From an uncultured Qipengyuania sp. (lineage in GTDB: Bacteria > Pseudomonadota > Alphaproteobacteria > Sphingomonadales > Sphingomonadaceae): DNA of 61,939 nucleotides. The stretch covers positions 1 to 61,939 of the forward strand of contig CBFGON010000001.1 of NCBI GenBank assembly GCA_965650395.1, in the 5' to 3' direction. The notes beneath the pieces are model-generated. The model saw only the letters and a list, made by a program, of their open reading frames with translations. It was not told the DNA's origin and searched no databases. A program made the position numbers and the translations under genes. Position 1 is the stretch's first letter. Each line of letters begins with the position of its first letter. This document shows positions 59,347 to 61,939 of the stretch, piece after piece.

Positions 59347-60081
59347 ATGAAGAACGCTATCATCATACTTGCAGCTGCAATTCTGCCTTGCACGGCAGTA
59401 TCGGCGCAGAATGCCGATCCGGCTGCAGCTGCAAAGGCTAATGCGCGCAGCATGGCAAGCGAGATGCAGAATTCGCGATCTGCGCAGTTTGAGCGCGATC
59501 TTCGTCAGGACAATCTCGACGAGACTAGTTACATCGACGCCTATGAACGCGCGCGTAAATACACCAATTGCGTTGCACGCACCGGCTCGAAAAAGCTGCA
59601 CGAGTTGCTTGGCACCAATCCGGGCTCCGACGGCGAAGCCAAAGCAGCGCGATATGTCATGACGCGCTACAAATTCTGCTCCGAGGATATTTCAGGTGTC
59701 TCGATGCGCTTCCTTCGCGGCGGTGCAGCAGAGAGCTTGCTGCGCGACGAACTTTCAGCTTCTGACAATGGCGCGATCAAATCGGTACCGCTCGAAACAC
59801 TGGCGGCTCGCACACCCGATCAGGAAGGCGAAACGAACACCGCCTTCAGCAATCTGCAGTCCCTGGCAGAATGCCGGGTTGCACAGTCGTCGACGGCGGT
59901 TGCTGGCAATTTGCGCAAACCTGTGGCCGAAGGTTCGAAATCGGGTGCGGAAGGTGAATTGGCCACTGCCACAACAGCATGTGGGCCCGGCATTGGTAAC
60001 GACGTAATCGTTGGTCTTCTCCAGCGCAGTTTCCTGGCCGAGGCGCTTTATCATTCCCAGGCCGACGGCGCTGGCAAGTAA
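59347..60081 (+). CDS. Hypothetical secreted protein, two Cys-pair repeats (nuo insert, paralogue 2)
   Basis: Signal peptide MKNAIIILAAAILPCTAVSA; strong AGGAGAGG RBS. Confidence 0.75.
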   Translation: MKNAIIILAAAILPCTAVSAQNADPAAAAKANARSMASEMQNSRSAQFERDLRQDNLDETSYIDAYERARKYTNCVARTGSKKLHELLGTNPGSDGEAKAARYVMTRYKFCSEDISGVSMRFLRGGAAESLLRDELSASDNGAIKSVPLETLAARTPDQEGETNTAFSNLQSLAECRVAQSSTAVAGNLRKPVAEGSKSGAEGELATATTACGPGIGNDVIVGLLQRSFLAEALYHSQADGAGK

Positions 60082-60116
60082 CTGGCAATTCCTGCCCCAG
60101 ATCGAGACGAGTACAG

Positions 60117-61939
60117 ATGCCTAAAGTCACCGTAGACGGACAGGAAATCGACGTTCCGGACGGCGCCACCGTGCTGCAGGCGTGCGAGCTTGCCGGCAAG
60201 GAAATCCCGCGCTTCTGCTATCACGAGCGGCTGAGCATCGCCGGCAATTGCCGCATGTGTCTGGTGGAAGTGAAGCCGGGGCCGCCCAAGCCGCAGGCGT
60301 CCTGTGCGCTGCCCGCCACCGAAGGGCAGGAAATCCGCACGGACAGCCAGATGGTAAAGACCGCGCGCGAAGGGGTGATGGAGTTCCTGCTCATCAACCA
60401 CCCGCTCGACTGCCCGATCTGCGATCAGGGCGGCGAATGCGATCTGCAGGACCAGTCGGTCGCCTATGGCCGTGGTGGCTCGCGCTATCACGAAAACAAG
60501 CGCGCCGTGACCGAGAAATACATGGGTCCGCTGATCAAGACGGTGATGACCCGCTGCATCCACTGCACCCGCTGCGTGCGCTTTTCGGAAGAGATCGCCG
60601 GGGTGGATGAAATCGGCGCGCTCTATCGCGGCGAGGACATGCAGATCACCACCTATCTGGAACAGGCGGCCGAACACGAGTTGTCGGCCAATGTGATCGA
60701 TCTGTGCCCGGTGGGTGCGCTCACTTCGCGCCCCTATGCGTTCGAAGCGCGCCCGTGGGAATTGAAGAAGACGCTGAGCATCGACGTTTCCGATGCAGTC
60801 GGCTCGAACATCCGGCTCGACAGCCGTGGCCGCGAAGTCATGCGTGCGCTTCCGCGCAACAATGACGACGTGAACGAGGAGTGGATCAGCGACAAGGCAC
60901 GCTATCAGGTCGATGGCCTGGGCAAGCGCCGTCTCGACAAGGTGTTCATGCGCACCAAGGGCGGGTTGAAGGAAGCCAGCTGGAACGATGCCTTCAAGGC
61001 TATCGCCAAGCAACTGAAGGGCAATGCCTCCAGCATCGCTGCGATTGCGGGCGACATGGTCGATTGCGAAACGATGTTCGCTGCCAAGGCGCTGCTGCGC
61101 GCAAGCGGATCAAGCCTGCTCGAAGGCCGCCAGACCGGCATGAGCTATGATGTTTCGAACCTTGCGGCGGTCAATTTCAATTCGACCTTCGCCGGGATCG
61201 AAACCGCCGATGCCGTGCTGATCGTCGGCAGCCATGTGCGCTGGGAAGCGCCGCTGGTGAATGTCCGAATCCGCAAGGCTGCCAAGCGCGGTGCGAAGGT
61301 GTTTGTGGTCGGGCCCTATTGGGACACGACCTACCCGGCGGAATTCCTCGGTGAAGACCTGTCGGTGCTGAACAAGCTGCCGGGTCATGTCGCGGATACA
61401 TTCAAGGCCGCTGACCGGCCTGCGATCATCCTTGGCGGTGCTGCGCTGGCTCGTGGTGCACTGGGTGCAGGTGTTGCATTCGCTGACGCATTCAAGCTGG
61501 TGCGCGATGGCTGGAACGGTTTCAACGTGCTCCATTTCTCGGCCGCACGCATGGGCGGCTTGATGCTCGGCTATGCGCAAAAGGGCGGCATGGCGGATAT
61601 CGCCGCCGCCAAGCCCAAGGTCGTGCTGGCACTGGGCGCTGACGAGATGGATTTCGAACCCTATGCCGATGCACTGAAGGTCTATATCGGCCATCACGGC
61701 GACAAGGGTGCCCATGCCGCCGATATCGTGCTGCCGGGTGCGACCTATGCCGAGAAGGACGGGACCTACGTCAACACCGAAGGCCGGGTGCAGTTTGCCG
61801 AAAAGGCCGTGTTCGCGCCGGGCGATGCGCGCGAGGACTGGACGATCCTGCGCGCGCTGGCCGATGCGCTGGGTGTTTCGGTCGGCTTCGACAATTTCGC
61901 GCAGCTACAGGCAGCGATGATCGCGGAGGTGCCTGCACT
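60117..61939 (+). CDS. nuoG: NADH-quinone oxidoreductase subunit G (partial; runs off the window end)
   Basis: Manual translation from ATG 60117: MPKVTVDGQEIDVPDGATVLQACELAGKEIPRFCYHERLSIAGNCRMCLVEV...HPLDCPICDQGGECDLQD...RCIHCTRCVRF. Confidence 0.97.
   Translation, partial: MPKVTVDGQEIDVPDGATVLQACELAGKEIPRFCYHERLSIAGNCRMCLVEVKPGPPKPQASCALPATEGQEIRTDSQMVKTAREGVMEFLLINHPLDCPICDQGGECDLQDQSVAYGRGGSRYHENKRAVTEKYMGPLIKTVMTRCIHCTRCVRFSEEIAGVDEIGALYRGEDMQITTYLEQAAEHELSANVIDLCPVGALTSRPYAFEARPWELKKTLSIDVSDAVGSNIRLDSRGREVMRALPRNNDDVNEEWISDKARYQVDGLGKRRLDKVFMRTKGGLKEASWNDAFKAIAKQLKGNASSIAAIAGDMVDCETMFAAKALLRASGSSLLEGRQTGMSYDVSNLAAVNFNSTFAGIETADAVLIVGSHVRWEAPLVNVRIRKAAKRGAKVFVVGPYWDTTYPAEFLGEDLSVLNKLPGHVADTFKAADRPAIILGGAALARGALGAGVAFADAFKLVRDGWNGFNVLHFSAARMGGLMLGYAQKGGMADIAAAKPKVVLALGADEMDFEPYADALKVYIGHHGDKGAHAADIVLPGATYAEKDGTYVNTEGRVQFAEKAVFAPGDAREDWTILRALADALGVSVGFDNFAQLQAAMIAEVPA

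Noticed and set aside
58635-60081. Idea that the secreted nuo-insert proteins are exosortase substrates
   Set aside because: Neither ends in a PEP motif followed by a TM helix and a basic tail.
60051-61715. Minus-strand ORFs of 320 and 201 aa
   Set aside because: Antisense to nuoG, which is unambiguous from its Fe-S motifs but missing from the ORF track because it runs off the end.
1-61939. CRISPR arrays, tRNA/rRNA genes, transposases, integrases, prophage or defence genes
   Set aside because: I saw no regularly spaced direct repeats, cloverleaf or rRNA-like sequence, or mobile-element motifs. Almost all of the window is explained by coding genes.

Overview
GC-rich alphaproteobacterial chromosome segment; gene content and order suggest Sphingomonadales, probably Erythrobacteraceae (inference). 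From left to right: (1) housekeeping genes (degenerate UDG-like gene, ETF-ubiquinone oxidoreductase, ispE, N-formylglutamate amidohydrolase, ilvD, nnr, RlmD-like methyltransferase). (2) An ~18 kb exosortase A (XrtA)/PEP-CTERM-associated exopolysaccharide locus at 8.7-26.6 kb, with an ACP/acyl-ligase/PLP-decarboxylase/GNAT/hydrolase module, Wza, split Wzc, an outer-membrane barrel, an ATPase, a deacetylase, a FemAB-like protein, a glycosyltransferase, the exosortase and an AsnB-like amidotransferase. (3) sdhB-paaI-zapE. (4) A five-gene envelope lipid/glycan cluster (HAD phosphatase, GT4, TagF-like transferase, Wzx flippase, NTP transferase). (5) rne, amidase, PBP1A, prfB and assorted metabolic genes, including two tandem paralogous lipoproteins. 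(6) A sulfotransferase-GT2 pair. (7) The 5' part of the complex I operon (nuoA-G), interrupted by four non-canonical genes, three of them overlapping nuo start/stop codons: a lipoprotein, a 46-aa membrane microprotein missing from the ORF track, and two secreted paralogues built from a Cys-pair repeat. I saw no rRNA, tRNA, CRISPR array or mobile element. All product calls come from reading motifs by eye; no database search was run.
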